Positions 8,818 through 18,095 of a DNA stretch of 64,000 bases are shown piece after piece. The notes below the pieces were generated by a model, which searched no databases, was not told where the DNA came from, and was given only the letters and a program-made list of their open reading frames with translations. The translations under genes and the position numbers were made by a program. Every line of letters starts with the position of its first letter. Position 1 is the first letter of the stretch. The DNA is from Alphaproteobacteria bacterium (GTDB taxonomy: Bacteria > Pseudomonadota > Alphaproteobacteria > CACIAM-22H2), in contig WGNX01000005.1 of assembly GCA_016124335.1 (NCBI GenBank), positions 411,524 to 475,523 on the forward strand, in the 5' to 3' direction.

Positions 8818-9828
8818 ATGCAGATGGCATTCGCAGATCTGAAAAACGAATACGAATCGGCGATGATTGTCGCCAGTGCGGTCTACCGCAATGGCGTGCG
8901 AATCCGCGACATCTCGATCGAGGATGCCGGCCCCGCCGCCCTGTCGGAAGGGGAGTTCGTCTGGATCGGGTTGCACGAGCCGTCGATCGAAATCCTGACG
9001 CATGTGCAGAACCGGTTCGGGTTGCATCCGCTGGCCGTCGAAGACGCAAACCGCTCCCACCAGCGCCCGAAGATCGATCTCTATGGCGATGCGATCTTCA
9101 TGGTGCTCCGGACCGCGCAGGTGAAGGACGCCTGCATCGTTTTCGGCGAAACACATATTTTTGCAGGGCGCGGCTATGTGATTGCCGTGCGGCACGGCCC
9201 TTCGACGTCGTATGGCGACGTACGCGCGCGCTGCGAGCGCGAAAAGACGATGTTCGCCCGCGGAACGGGCTATGTGCTCTACGCGATCATGGACTTCGTG
9301 GCCGACAATTTCTTCCCCGTGATCGACACGATTGCCGACGAAGTGGCCGAGATCGAGAGCCATATCATCGCCAAGACCTTCACCTCGGAGGAGGTCAATC
9401 GCCTCTACCAGCTCCGGCGCGAACTGCTCGGCTTCCGCCGGTCGGTATCGCCGATGCAGGAAGTGTGCGCGCGGCTCGAACGATACAACCTTTCGATCAT
9501 CGATGCGGAGATGCGGCCCTATTACCACGACGTTCACGACCATGTGCTTCAGGTCAACGAGTCGATCGACAATCTGCGCGAGGCGCTCGCGTCGGCATTC
9601 GATGCCGCGATGATGCTGTCGGCTTCCAGCCAGAACGAGGTGACAAAGAAGCTCGCGGCCTGGGCCGCGATCCTTGCCGTGCCGACCGCGATCGCGGGCA
9701 TCTACGGAATGAACTTCAAGACGATGCCCGAGCTGGAGTGGGACTACGGCTATCCAGCAGTCGTGCTCGCGATCATCGTGATCTGCACCGCCCTGTATCG
9801 CAGGTTCCGCAAGGCGGACTGGCTCTGA
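8818..9828 (+). CDS. corA: Magnesium/cobalt transporter CorA.
   Basis: This is the last 336 codons of the 1481-aa track ORF. It has the GMN motif (GIYGMNFKTMPE) and two C-terminal transmembrane helices. Alternative starts are the ATG at 8824 or further downstream. Confidence 0.9.
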   Translation: MQMAFADLKNEYESAMIVASAVYRNGVRIRDISIEDAGPAALSEGEFVWIGLHEPSIEILTHVQNRFGLHPLAVEDANRSHQRPKIDLYGDAIFMVLRTAQVKDACIVFGETHIFAGRGYVIAVRHGPSTSYGDVRARCEREKTMFARGTGYVLYAIMDFVADNFFPVIDTIADEVAEIESHIIAKTFTSEEVNRLYQLRRELLGFRRSVSPMQEVCARLERYNLSIIDAEMRPYYHDVHDHVLQVNESIDNLREALASAFDAAMMLSASSQNEVTKKLAAWAAILAVPTAIAGIYGMNFKTMPELEWDYGYPAVVLAIIVICTALYRRFRKADWL

Positions 9829-9841
9829 ACCGGACGGCAAC

Positions 9842-11518
9842 ATGACCGATGCCGGCGGCAGGGGCGAACCAAAGGCGCTGCTGGCAGCAGCCTTGCGTGC
9901 CCGCGATCTGGGCGACAGTGCCACGGCCCGCGCATTGTTCGAAAACGCATTTTCGCTGGCACCGGACGATGCGGATATCGTCTACAGCTACGGCCTTTTC
10001 CTGATCGGCGCCGGCGAGGTCGATCGCGCCTGCCGGCTATTCAACGATGCCTACGGAAAATCGCCGGGCAACGCGATGCTCGCCTCCGGTCTTGGCGTGG
10101 CCTTGCGGTCGAGCGGCCGCTTTGTCCTCGCCGAGCAGATTTGGCGCTCGCTGGTTGCCGCGATGCCCGGTCAGCCGCAACCGCTCTATGAACTCGGCCA
10201 ATCGCTGATGGGGCAGGCGCGGCCAGAAGATGCGGTCGGGCCGTTGCGCGCGGCGCTCGCGGGCGCGCATGGCCTCCAGCAGCGCGACCTTCTCTGGAAG
10301 GCGTATCTGCTCGCGATGGCCTATGCCGACGGAATGGATCCCGAATTCGTCCGCGACGAAAACCGCCGCCATGCGGCCGAACTTGCACCATCGCCAACGA
10401 AGGTCGAATACGAAAACGATCCGGACCCGGAGCGGCGCCTGCGCGTCGGGTACGTGTCGTCGGATTTCCGTTCCCATTCGGTCGCGCGGACGATGGAGGC
10501 CCTGTTTGCGTTGCGCAATCGGCGGCGTTTTGAAATCTTTGCCTATGCGCAAGACACGACCAATGATGCCGTGACGCAGAAATTCCGCGAAATGGCAGAT
10601 GCATGGCGATCGACGGTCGGTATCGATGACGTAGCCGCCGCAAGGCGCATTCGCGACGACCGAATCGATGTCCTGGTCACGTCGGCGGCCCATTTCGACG
10701 ACAACCGGCTGGGCATCGCGCTGCATCGCCCGGCGCCGGTTCAGATTTCGATCTACGATTCGGCACCGACCGGTTCGGATGTGTTCGATGCGCTGATCGT
10801 CGACCCTGAAATGGCAGGCGGTGGGGACGACTATCCAAGTGAACGATTGTTCCGACTGCGCAGCATGTATGTGCATCCGCCGCTCGAGCTGGCACCACCC
10901 GTGGCCGAGCCGCCCGTGCGAAAGAACGGGTATGTAACTTTCGGGTCAGCCAATCATCCGTCGAAATTCTCGCGCCGGACCTTCGCACTCTGGTCATCGG
11001 CGTTGCGTGCGGTTCCAGGCTCCCGTCTCCGTCTGAAATCGGGCACGCGATACGAAGAGCCGACGATGCGCGCACTCATCGAGCAGCGGTTCATCGAACA
11101 CGGCATCGATTCCGGCCGTCTCGTCTTCGATCGCGGTGATCTCGGGCTTGCGGCCCATCTTGCCTTCTACGGGCGGATCGACATCTCGCTCGACACCACG
11201 CCTTTCAACGGCGCAACAACGACATTCGAATCGCTGTGGATGGGCGTGCCGGTCGTCGCACTTCGCGGGCGGACGATCATGTCGCGCTGGGCGAGCGCCG
11301 TCCTTGCACGCATAGACCGCGCACGGTGGGCGGCCGCCGACGAGGCCGAATTTGCGCATATAGCCGCTGAACTTGCGAATGTGGCGCCGGTTCAGGATCG
11401 GGCGGATCTGCGCGCGCGTGTCGCCGCGTCGGCCTTGTGCGATTCCGCACGTCACGCACGGGACTACGAGCGGGTCTATCGTGCCCTTTGGCGGCGCTGG
11501 TGCAGCCGGCACCGATGA
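9842..11518 (+). CDS. TPR-repeat protein with a C-terminal GT41 (O-GlcNAc transferase / SPINDLY-like) glycosyltransferase domain.
   Basis: The N-terminal ~170 aa are TPR-like. The C-terminal region reads like the GT41 catalytic region (RLRVGYVSSDFRSHSVARTMEALF, VTFGSANHPSKFS, DISLDTTPFNGATTTFESLWMGVPVV). Confidence 0.75.
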   Translation: MTDAGGRGEPKALLAAALRARDLGDSATARALFENAFSLAPDDADIVYSYGLFLIGAGEVDRACRLFNDAYGKSPGNAMLASGLGVALRSSGRFVLAEQIWRSLVAAMPGQPQPLYELGQSLMGQARPEDAVGPLRAALAGAHGLQQRDLLWKAYLLAMAYADGMDPEFVRDENRRHAAELAPSPTKVEYENDPDPERRLRVGYVSSDFRSHSVARTMEALFALRNRRRFEIFAYAQDTTNDAVTQKFREMADAWRSTVGIDDVAAARRIRDDRIDVLVTSAAHFDDNRLGIALHRPAPVQISIYDSAPTGSDVFDALIVDPEMAGGGDDYPSERLFRLRSMYVHPPLELAPPVAEPPVRKNGYVTFGSANHPSKFSRRTFALWSSALRAVPGSRLRLKSGTRYEEPTMRALIEQRFIEHGIDSGRLVFDRGDLGLAAHLAFYGRIDISLDTTPFNGATTTFESLWMGVPVVALRGRTIMSRWASAVLARIDRARWAAADEAEFAHIAAELANVAPVQDRADLRARVAASALCDSARHARDYERVYRALWRRWCSRHR

Positions 11519-11608
11519 GCCATGCACGAAAACGTGCAATGCTGCGCTGCGGCATGACTTGACGCCCACCTTCGACAGTCCGATTCTTTCATACGAGAGG
11601 AATCGGCC

Positions 11609-12391
11609 ATGGCCGACACCGAATCAGCACCTGTTTCCGGAAGCGACGAGCTGAAGAAGCTTGAGATTCTCGCGGTGGAGGTGCTTTGCGGCTTTATCGA
11701 GACCGTGCAGGCGCGCCAGAAAAGCGATGGCGACCCGATCGAACTTGCCGACCTGAACCTCGCCATGAGCGAGATGATCAACAGCGGGCGCGTGGCGAAA
11801 ATCGCCGAGGTTGCGCTTTCCGGTCTCGGGCAGGAACTGCGCCATCGCTGGGCGCGCATGCTGCGCAAGGATGCGTTCGGCCGCCTGCTTTGCAAGCCGC
11901 TCTCGCCGCTCTTCGAGGCCGGCAAGGTGCCGCGCGGCGTCCATCACGGAATCCGGCATTTTGCACGTCTGGTTCTGGGCGAAGAGCTTGAGCGCGCCTT
12001 GGTCATCGAGACCGACAAGATTGTCGCGGCATGCACCGAGCGCGATGGCGTGGACTGGAAGCGCTTCTACCGGACGGCCCAACCGATCTGGTGGCAGTTT
12101 CTCGTGCGCCTTCCGGCCGCTTTCCGGCACTTCGATGCGCGGCTCAGCCATATGCTGGGAATTCTGAATACCCAGACCGGTCAGATGAGCCTTTCGGCAA
12201 ATGTCGTGGTCAGGACGGGCCGCAGCGCCAGTCGCGATATCGTCGGGCCGGCGCAGGGCCGCCTGATTCTCGCGGCGTGGCTTTCGACCTTCGATGCGCT
12301 CAGCGAAGCGGAGCGGGCGACGATGGCAATAGCCACCGGATTTTCGGTCAATTTCGACGATCTGCGCGCCGAGCTGGAACCGGGGTCGTGA
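11609..12391 (+). CDS. Hypothetical protein, 260 aa, predicted cytoplasmic and mostly helical.
   Basis: I recognised no family. Amino-acid composition is balanced (K, I, F and N are present), and GAGAGGA lies 7 nt upstream of the ATG. The gene ends 7 nt from the convergent lyase gene. Confidence 0.6.
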   Translation: MADTESAPVSGSDELKKLEILAVEVLCGFIETVQARQKSDGDPIELADLNLAMSEMINSGRVAKIAEVALSGLGQELRHRWARMLRKDAFGRLLCKPLSPLFEAGKVPRGVHHGIRHFARLVLGEELERALVIETDKIVAACTERDGVDWKRFYRTAQPIWWQFLVRLPAAFRHFDARLSHMLGILNTQTGQMSLSANVVVRTGRSASRDIVGPAQGRLILAAWLSTFDALSEAERATMAIATGFSVNFDDLRAELEPGS

Positions 12392-12398
12392 GGGCAGG

Positions 12399-13748
12399 CT
12401 AGGCCGTGCAAGCGGCGATCGTCCGGTCGACCATTTCGCCGCAAAGGCCAAGGTAGTTTGCCGGATCGCAGTGGCGCTCGATCGCCGCTCGACCGCCAAG
12501 CGCTTCGATGACCGCCGGCACGTCCGACAAAACATCGGCAAGTGGCCTGTCGCTCTCGATCGCCGTTCGGCAGGCTCCGTAGACGATATCGTGCGCGCGC
12601 TGGCGGCCGAGCTTGGGCGCCGCCGCCATCATCACGGCTTCGGCCACGATCAGGCCACGCGTTCGATCCAGATTGCGCCGCATGCGCGCCTCGTGCACGA
12701 CCAGGCCGCCAAGCATGAATCGCGCATTGGCAAGTGCTGTTGCCGTCAGCAGGAAGCTTTCGGGTACGACCGCCCATTCAAGATGCCAGGGGCCCGTCGC
12801 GCGCTCGAAGTCGTGGATCATCGCGTCGAGCATTCCGGCGACATGCTGGCGAACGCCCTTTGCGGCAGCGAGCATAAGCTCGCTCGAAATCGGATTTCGT
12901 TTCTGCGGCATCGTCGACGAGGCGCCGCGATGCGGAACGAACGGCTCGGAAAGCTCGCCGAATTCCGTCGAGGCCATCATCATGACGTCGCTCGCGATTT
13001 TGCCCAGCGTGCCGGTGACCAGCCCGAGAAACGCGATCGCCTCGGCAAATCCGTCGCGCGCGACGTGCCAGGTTATCGTCGGCTGGCCAAGCCCGAGTTC
13101 CTCGCAGAACAGGCGCTGCATTTCCAGCCCGCCAGGCCCGATCGAGGCGAGGGTGCCGGCCGCCCCCGAGAACTCGCCGACAAGGAGCCGAGGAAGAATC
13201 TGCGACAATCGCTCGATGTGCCGTTCGACAGACGAAAGCCAGACCGCGACCTTGTAGCCGAACGTGATCGGAAGCGCCTGCTGGAGATGCGTGCGCCCGG
13301 CCATCGGCGTGTCACGATGGCGCCGCGCCAGATCGATGAGGATGCGGCGAAGGTCGCGGAGGTCGCTTTCGACAAGCGCCAGCGCGGCGCGGAACTGAAG
13401 GACGTTCGCGCTGTCCATGATGTCCTGGGTCGTGGCACCCCAATGGACATAGCCGCCGGCCGCGCCGGCCGCCTGCGAAAGCTGGCCAACGAGCGGCAGG
13501 ATCGGATATCCGACGATCTCCGTTTCGCGCCGCAGTTTTTCGAAGTCGATCTTCAACGTGCGCGCAGCGCGATCGATTTCCCTGGCGACCTCGGCCGGAA
13601 TGGCGCCGAGGCGAGCCTGCGCGCGCGCGAGCGCGGCCTCGACATCGAGATAGCGGGCGACGAGCGATTCATCCGCGAAGACAGCCCGCATTTCCGCCGT
13701 CCCGAACATGTCGCGGAACAGCGCGGAATCAAAAACGGTGCTGGCCAT
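12399..13748 (-). CDS. Fumarate-lyase superfamily enzyme, similar to 3-carboxy-cis,cis-muconate cycloisomerase (PcaB) or adenylosuccinate lyase.
   Basis: The 449-aa ORF carries the superfamily signature GASSTMPQKRNP. Its N-terminus (FDSALFRDMFGTAEMRAVFADESLVARYLDVEAALARAQA) is PcaB-like. Confidence 0.85.
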   Translation of the reverse strand: MASTVFDSALFRDMFGTAEMRAVFADESLVARYLDVEAALARAQARLGAIPAEVAREIDRAARTLKIDFEKLRRETEIVGYPILPLVGQLSQAAGAAGGYVHWGATTQDIMDSANVLQFRAALALVESDLRDLRRILIDLARRHRDTPMAGRTHLQQALPITFGYKVAVWLSSVERHIERLSQILPRLLVGEFSGAAGTLASIGPGGLEMQRLFCEELGLGQPTITWHVARDGFAEAIAFLGLVTGTLGKIASDVMMMASTEFGELSEPFVPHRGASSTMPQKRNPISSELMLAAAKGVRQHVAGMLDAMIHDFERATGPWHLEWAVVPESFLLTATALANARFMLGGLVVHEARMRRNLDRTRGLIVAEAVMMAAAPKLGRQRAHDIVYGACRTAIESDRPLADVLSDVPAVIEALGGRAAIERHCDPANYLGLCGEMVDRTIAACTA

Positions 13749-13769
13749 TGCGGGCTCCCGGCGGCGGGG

Positions 13770-14849
13770 TCAGCGTTTGCGCGGAACCATGATCTCGCCG
13801 CGCATCAGCAGGCGGGCCGTGCGCAGCGTGCCGGCGACCACATTCATGTCGGCGCCTTTGCCCGAAACCGTCAGCAGCACGTCGATATCGCCCGAGGGGT
13901 GTTCGATCAATACCGTGCGCGGGTTTGCGCCGTCGGGCTTCGCGAACTCGTGCGCGATCGTGCCTTCGAGCGCGCAGGCCGAAGCAACGCACACGCCGCC
14001 CGTGACGGCGTGAGCGGCATGCAGGGCGTGCGGCGTCAGGTAGCGCGAGGTGATCGTTCCGCCTTTCGTGGGAGCGGAAAGCACGCCGACCTTGGGCACG
14101 ACCTTTTCGGACACGTCGCCAAGCCCCATCATCTTGCCGGCCTGCAAGCGGATCTTCTCGATCCGCGCCATGCGTTCCTTGTCGCCGTCGAACGCTTCCT
14201 TGCCTTCGGTCCCCGAAAGGCCTAAATCGGCGGCCCGCAGCAGGATCATCGGCATCGCGACATCGATGCAGGTGACGTCGACGCCGTCGATCCTGTCGCG
14301 CAGGTTGCCGGTCGGCAGCATCTTGCCGGTGATCGAGCCGACGACATCCATGAAATTGAGGACGATCGGTGCAGCCGTGCCGGGCACGCCGTCGATGCGC
14401 GCGTCTCCCGTGTAGGCAACTTCGCCACCCGGCGTCTCGACGATGGCTTCGATCCGCGACTGGGTATTGACGTTGTAGATCATCACGCGCGTTTTTCCGT
14501 CCTTGGCGGAAACGAGCCCGCGCTCGATCGCGAAGGGTGCCACGCCGGCCAGCATGTTGCCGCACGATGGCGCGGTGTCGACAAGCGGCTTCGATATGTC
14601 CACTTGGGCGAACAGGTAGTCGACGTCGCAGCCGGGCTGGCCCGATTTCGAGACGATCGCGACCTTGCTGGTGAGCGTCGTCGCCCCGCCGATGCCATCG
14701 ATCTGGCGCGGATCGGGCGAACCCATCGCGGCCAGAAGCACGCGGTCGCGCTCCGCAGTTTCGGCCGGAAGGTCGGAGGCGAGGAAATAGGGGCCGCGCG
14801 ACGTGCCGCCGCGCATGAAGATGCAGGGAATCGCGATCAGGTCTCGCAT
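13770..14849 (-). CDS. PrpF-family isomerase (the family includes methylaconitate/aconitate isomerases and 4-oxalomesaconate tautomerase).
   Basis: The 359-aa ORF shows typical PrpF/GalD/LigU-family motifs: IPCIFMRGGTSRGPYF, APSCGNMLAGVAPFA and HAAHAVTGGVC. Confidence 0.85.
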   Translation of the reverse strand: MRDLIAIPCIFMRGGTSRGPYFLASDLPAETAERDRVLLAAMGSPDPRQIDGIGGATTLTSKVAIVSKSGQPGCDVDYLFAQVDISKPLVDTAPSCGNMLAGVAPFAIERGLVSAKDGKTRVMIYNVNTQSRIEAIVETPGGEVAYTGDARIDGVPGTAAPIVLNFMDVVGSITGKMLPTGNLRDRIDGVDVTCIDVAMPMILLRAADLGLSGTEGKEAFDGDKERMARIEKIRLQAGKMMGLGDVSEKVVPKVGVLSAPTKGGTITSRYLTPHALHAAHAVTGGVCVASACALEGTIAHEFAKPDGANPRTVLIEHPSGDIDVLLTVSGKGADMNVVAGTLRTARLLMRGEIMVPRKR

Positions 14850-14891
14850 TGTCGTCTCTCTCGTGCGGTCGTGCGTTGGTATTGGATCGGT

Positions 14892-16913
14892 TCAGCGCAT
14901 GCCGAGAACGGTCGGCAGCCACAGGCTGAGGCCGGGCCAGTAGGTCACGATGACGAGGAAGCCGAGCATCGTCATCAGCCACGGCCATACGGCGACCGTC
15001 AACTCGGTGATGCCCATCTTCGCAACGCCCGACGCGACATAGAGGTTCAGCCCGACGGGCGGGTGGCACATGCCGATTTCCATGTTGACCGTAATCAGGA
15101 TGCCGAAATGGATCGGGTCGATGCCCAGGCGCGTCGCCACGGGAAACAGGATCGGCGCCATGATCAGGATGATCGACGACGGCTCCATCACGTTGCCGGC
15201 CAGAAGCAGGATGACGTTGACCACGAGCAGGAACGTGATCCAGCCGAATCCCTGCTCGATCAGCCACTGTGCAAGTTGCTGCGGAATGTTCTCGTTGCTC
15301 ATGACGAACGAGAACAGCACGGCGTTCGTGATGATGTAGAGAAGCATCGCGCTCATGTTGGCCGATGTCAGCAGCACGCGCGGCACATCGCGCAGCCTCA
15401 TGTCCTTGTAGACGAACACGGCGATGACGAAAGCGTAGACGGCACTGATTGCCGCCGCCTCGGTCGGCGTGAACAGGCCCGTGTAGATGCCGCCGATCAC
15501 GATCACGACGAGGAACAGCCCCCAACCGGATTCCTTGAAGGCATGCAGGCGCTCGGCGAACGTCGCCTTTTGCTGGCGCGGATAGCCGAAGCGTCGCGCA
15601 CGGTACCATGTCGTGATGCCGAGCAGCGTTGCGAGCACGATGCCCGGAACGATGCCGGCAATGAACAGCTGGCCGACCGACGTATTCGTCGACACGGCAT
15701 AAAGGACCATCGCGATCGAAGGCGGGATCAGGATGCCGAGCGCGCCCGAAGTCGCAACGACGCCGGCACCGAAGCGCGGCGGAAAGCCCTGCTTGACCAT
15801 CGCCGGCAGGATGACCGAGCCGATTGCGACAACGGTGGCGGGCGAGGAGCCCGACACGGCGGCAAACAGCGCGCAGGCGACCACTGCCGCGAGGCCGAGG
15901 CCGCCGTAGAAATGCCCCACCATCGACGTCGCGAAGTTGATCATCCGGCGGGCAACGCCGCCGTGCGTGAGGAAGTTGCCCGCAAGAATGAAGAACGGGA
16001 TCGCCATGATCTCGAACTTCTCGATCCCCGTGAAGAGCTTGAGCGCGACGGACTGCGCGGGCACTGCCGTCATCGTGAAGATGAAGATCAGCACCGTAAG
16101 GCCCAGCGCGATTGAGATCGGCATGCCCGTGAGCATCATCGAGATGAGCAGCAGGAAGACCATCGCGGCGCGCAGGCCATCCGGCAGCACGATCACTCCG
16201 AAATGCTGCAGGAAGCAGATGCCTGTCAGCGCCAGAGGCGCGACGAAGAGCGACCAGCCCAGCGCCTTGCGTTCGCCCGGTGCGGCGGCCTTGATCGGCG
16301 GCGGTGCAGCCGCGACGGCATCCGCTTCGACGCCGTCGACCGCGCCATGGTCGTGATGGGGCAGCTCGCCCGTCCGGCGGAAGTGGAATGCGACCTGAAG
16401 GAATCGGAAGCACATCAGCGACGAGCCGAGCGGGATCGCCAGATAGACGAGCCACATCGGCGCTTCGAGATCGTTCGAGCGCTGGCCGGTCTGCGAGATG
16501 TGCCAGACGAAATCCGTGCCGAGGGCCGCGATCAGTCCGGTAAAGGCTGCACCGCAGAACAGGCCGAACAGGATCGTCCGGTTCCGGTCGCGCGGATTGA
16601 GCATGTTGACGAAAACGTCGACGCCCACGTGGATGCCGGTGCGCACGCCGTACGCGGCGCCGAACTTCGCCATCCACACGAACATGTAGATGCAGAGTTC
16701 CTGGGCCCACGACAGGTCCCAGGATACGAGCCAGGAGAAAATCGCGTCGAAGAAGGCGGCGAGCCCGACCATCCCTTTCGCCGTCGCCCAGGCGGCGAGG
16801 TCGGCGGACATTCCCGAACCGTAGCGGTGGATGACCGCCACCAAGATGACGAGCGTCGCGGCCGCAATGAGGAACTTGATGATCTGTTCCTCAAGTTGGT
16901 CGAGAATTTTCAT
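14892..16913 (-). CDS. TRAP transporter permease, a fusion of the small (DctQ) and large (DctM) subunits.
   Basis: The 673-aa ORF has an N-terminal ~190 aa DctQ-like region with 4 transmembrane helices. An Ala/Pro-rich linker (HHDHGAVDGVEADAVAAAPPPIKAAAPG) joins it to a DctM-like polytopic domain. Confidence 0.9.
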   Translation of the reverse strand: MKILDQLEEQIIKFLIAAATLVILVAVIHRYGSGMSADLAAWATAKGMVGLAAFFDAIFSWLVSWDLSWAQELCIYMFVWMAKFGAAYGVRTGIHVGVDVFVNMLNPRDRNRTILFGLFCGAAFTGLIAALGTDFVWHISQTGQRSNDLEAPMWLVYLAIPLGSSLMCFRFLQVAFHFRRTGELPHHDHGAVDGVEADAVAAAPPPIKAAAPGERKALGWSLFVAPLALTGICFLQHFGVIVLPDGLRAAMVFLLLISMMLTGMPISIALGLTVLIFIFTMTAVPAQSVALKLFTGIEKFEIMAIPFFILAGNFLTHGGVARRMINFATSMVGHFYGGLGLAAVVACALFAAVSGSSPATVVAIGSVILPAMVKQGFPPRFGAGVVATSGALGILIPPSIAMVLYAVSTNTSVGQLFIAGIVPGIVLATLLGITTWYRARRFGYPRQQKATFAERLHAFKESGWGLFLVVIVIGGIYTGLFTPTEAAAISAVYAFVIAVFVYKDMRLRDVPRVLLTSANMSAMLLYIITNAVLFSFVMSNENIPQQLAQWLIEQGFGWITFLLVVNVILLLAGNVMEPSSIILIMAPILFPVATRLGIDPIHFGILITVNMEIGMCHPPVGLNLYVASGVAKMGITELTVAVWPWLMTMLGFLVIVTYWPGLSLWLPTVLGMR

Positions 16914-16950
16914 TTTGCCGCCCGTTCGCTCGGATTTTCTTCTTTTGGTT

Positions 16951-16979
16951 CCGGAGCGGATCAGGCCGATCCGCCCCGG
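16951..16979 (-). other. Intercistronic stem-loop downstream of the TRAP binding-protein gene.
   Basis: CCGGAGCGGATC (16951..16962) pairs with GATCCGCCCCGG (16968..16979) at 11 of 12 positions around a 5-nt loop. No U-tract follows on the transcribed strand. Confidence 0.55.
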
Positions 16980-16991
16980 TTGTCACCTGCG

Positions 16992-17999
16992 TCAGACTGC
17001 TGCGGCTTCTTTCTGGATCAGATCCAGGATTTCCTTGCCGACGCGGCCTTCGGCCCACTTGTAGACGGGCATCATCGCCTCGCGCCACGGCTTGGCTTCC
17101 TCGGGCGTGAGGATGCGCACCGTGGTCTTGCCCGACTTCTTGATGTCCTCCATCGCGTCGATGTTTTCCTGCAACGCGATCGAGTTCGTGTAGACGTTGG
17201 CCTCGTTCATCGCCTTCTCGAGCTGGGTGCGGATGTCGGCCGGCAGGCCTGCCCAGAACTTGGCGTTCGTGATCACGGCGTACTGGAGATGGCCATGGTG
17301 CATGCCGGTCACGTGGCTCTGAACCTCGTGGAACTTCTGGGTGAAGATGTTCGAGGCCGAGTTCTCGCCCGCATCGACCACGCCCGTCTGCATGGCGTGA
17401 TAGACTTCCGAGAAGGCGAGGATCTGCGGAATTCCGCCCACGGCGCGGAAATACTGGTCGGCGATCTTCGAGCCGGAAATGCGCACCTTCAGGCCCTTGA
17501 AATCAGCCGGCTTCACCAGCGCGCGGTTCGACGTGATGTAGTAGAAGCCGTTGTCCCAGAAACCGAGGCCCTTGACGCCGTGCGGTTCGAGCTTGCCCAT
17601 GAGGTACTTCCCCACGGGGCCGGCGGCGATCTTCTGGAAGTGCGCGTCGTCGCGATAGAGGAACGGCAGGTCGAGCGCCTCGAATTCCTTGGCGCCGAGC
17701 GGGGCGAACTTCGCGGTCGAGGGTGCGAGCAGCTGGACGGCGCCAAGCTGGAGCGCCTCGATCTCTTCCTTGTCCTTGTAGAGCTGCGAGTTCGGGTAGT
17801 GCTCGATCTTGACCTTGCCTTGCGTATACTTCTCGGCAAGTTCCTTGAACTTGTTGGCACCCTTGCCCTTGGGCGTGTCCTCGGCCGCGACGTGGCTGAA
17901 CTTGATGACCATCGGCGCGTTCTGGGCGATCGCCGGGCAGGCGAGTGCCGTCGCCGTTGCGGCAGCACCGATCGTGAAATGACGACGCGTGAACTTCAT
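16992..17999 (-). CDS. TRAP transporter substrate-binding protein (DctP family).
   Basis: The 335-aa ORF has a signal peptide (MKFTRRHFTIGAAATATALACPAIAQ) and a DctP-family body (IKFSHVAAEDTPKGKGANKF..., LKVRISGS). A GGGAGG Shine-Dalgarno sequence lies upstream. Confidence 0.9.
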   Translation of the reverse strand: MKFTRRHFTIGAAATATALACPAIAQNAPMVIKFSHVAAEDTPKGKGANKFKELAEKYTQGKVKIEHYPNSQLYKDKEEIEALQLGAVQLLAPSTAKFAPLGAKEFEALDLPFLYRDDAHFQKIAAGPVGKYLMGKLEPHGVKGLGFWDNGFYYITSNRALVKPADFKGLKVRISGSKIADQYFRAVGGIPQILAFSEVYHAMQTGVVDAGENSASNIFTQKFHEVQSHVTGMHHGHLQYAVITNAKFWAGLPADIRTQLEKAMNEANVYTNSIALQENIDAMEDIKKSGKTTVRILTPEEAKPWREAMMPVYKWAEGRVGKEILDLIQKEAAAV

Positions 18000-18067
18000 G
18001 TTTGCCTCCCTTGTTTCGTCGTGATCGTCGGCCCCGTTGATTCGGGCGACGTCACCGGCAATTGTGT

Positions 18068-18095
18068 GCGCCCGCCGCTATTTGCCGGCGGGCGC
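18068..18095 (-). other. Stem-loop spanning the tcuB stop codon.
   Basis: GCGCCCGCCG (18068..18077) pairs perfectly over 10 bp with CGGCGGGCGC (18086..18095). The 8-nt loop contains the TAG stop of tcuB. No U-tract follows on the transcribed strand. Confidence 0.55.

Noticed and set aside
5383-9828. A 1481-aa plus-strand ORF, the longest in the ORF track.
   Set aside because: Only the last 336 codons (corA) look like a real protein. The upstream part is antisense to three well-supported ABC genes and has the Arg/Gly/Asp/His-rich, Lys/Ile/Phe/Asn-poor composition typical of off-frame reading in GC-rich DNA.
13729-16710. A 993-aa minus-strand ORF, and similar long shadow ORFs at 12471..14225, 16203..18101, 30443..32926, 35630..38002, 45332..47863, 57146..58999, 61444..63399 and 62208..63965.
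   Set aside because: Each one overlaps a gene with clear family motifs in another frame or on the other strand. Their translations are dominated by Arg, Pro, Gly and Ala, and I recognised no domain in any of them. I treat them as GC-driven open frames, not overlapping genes.
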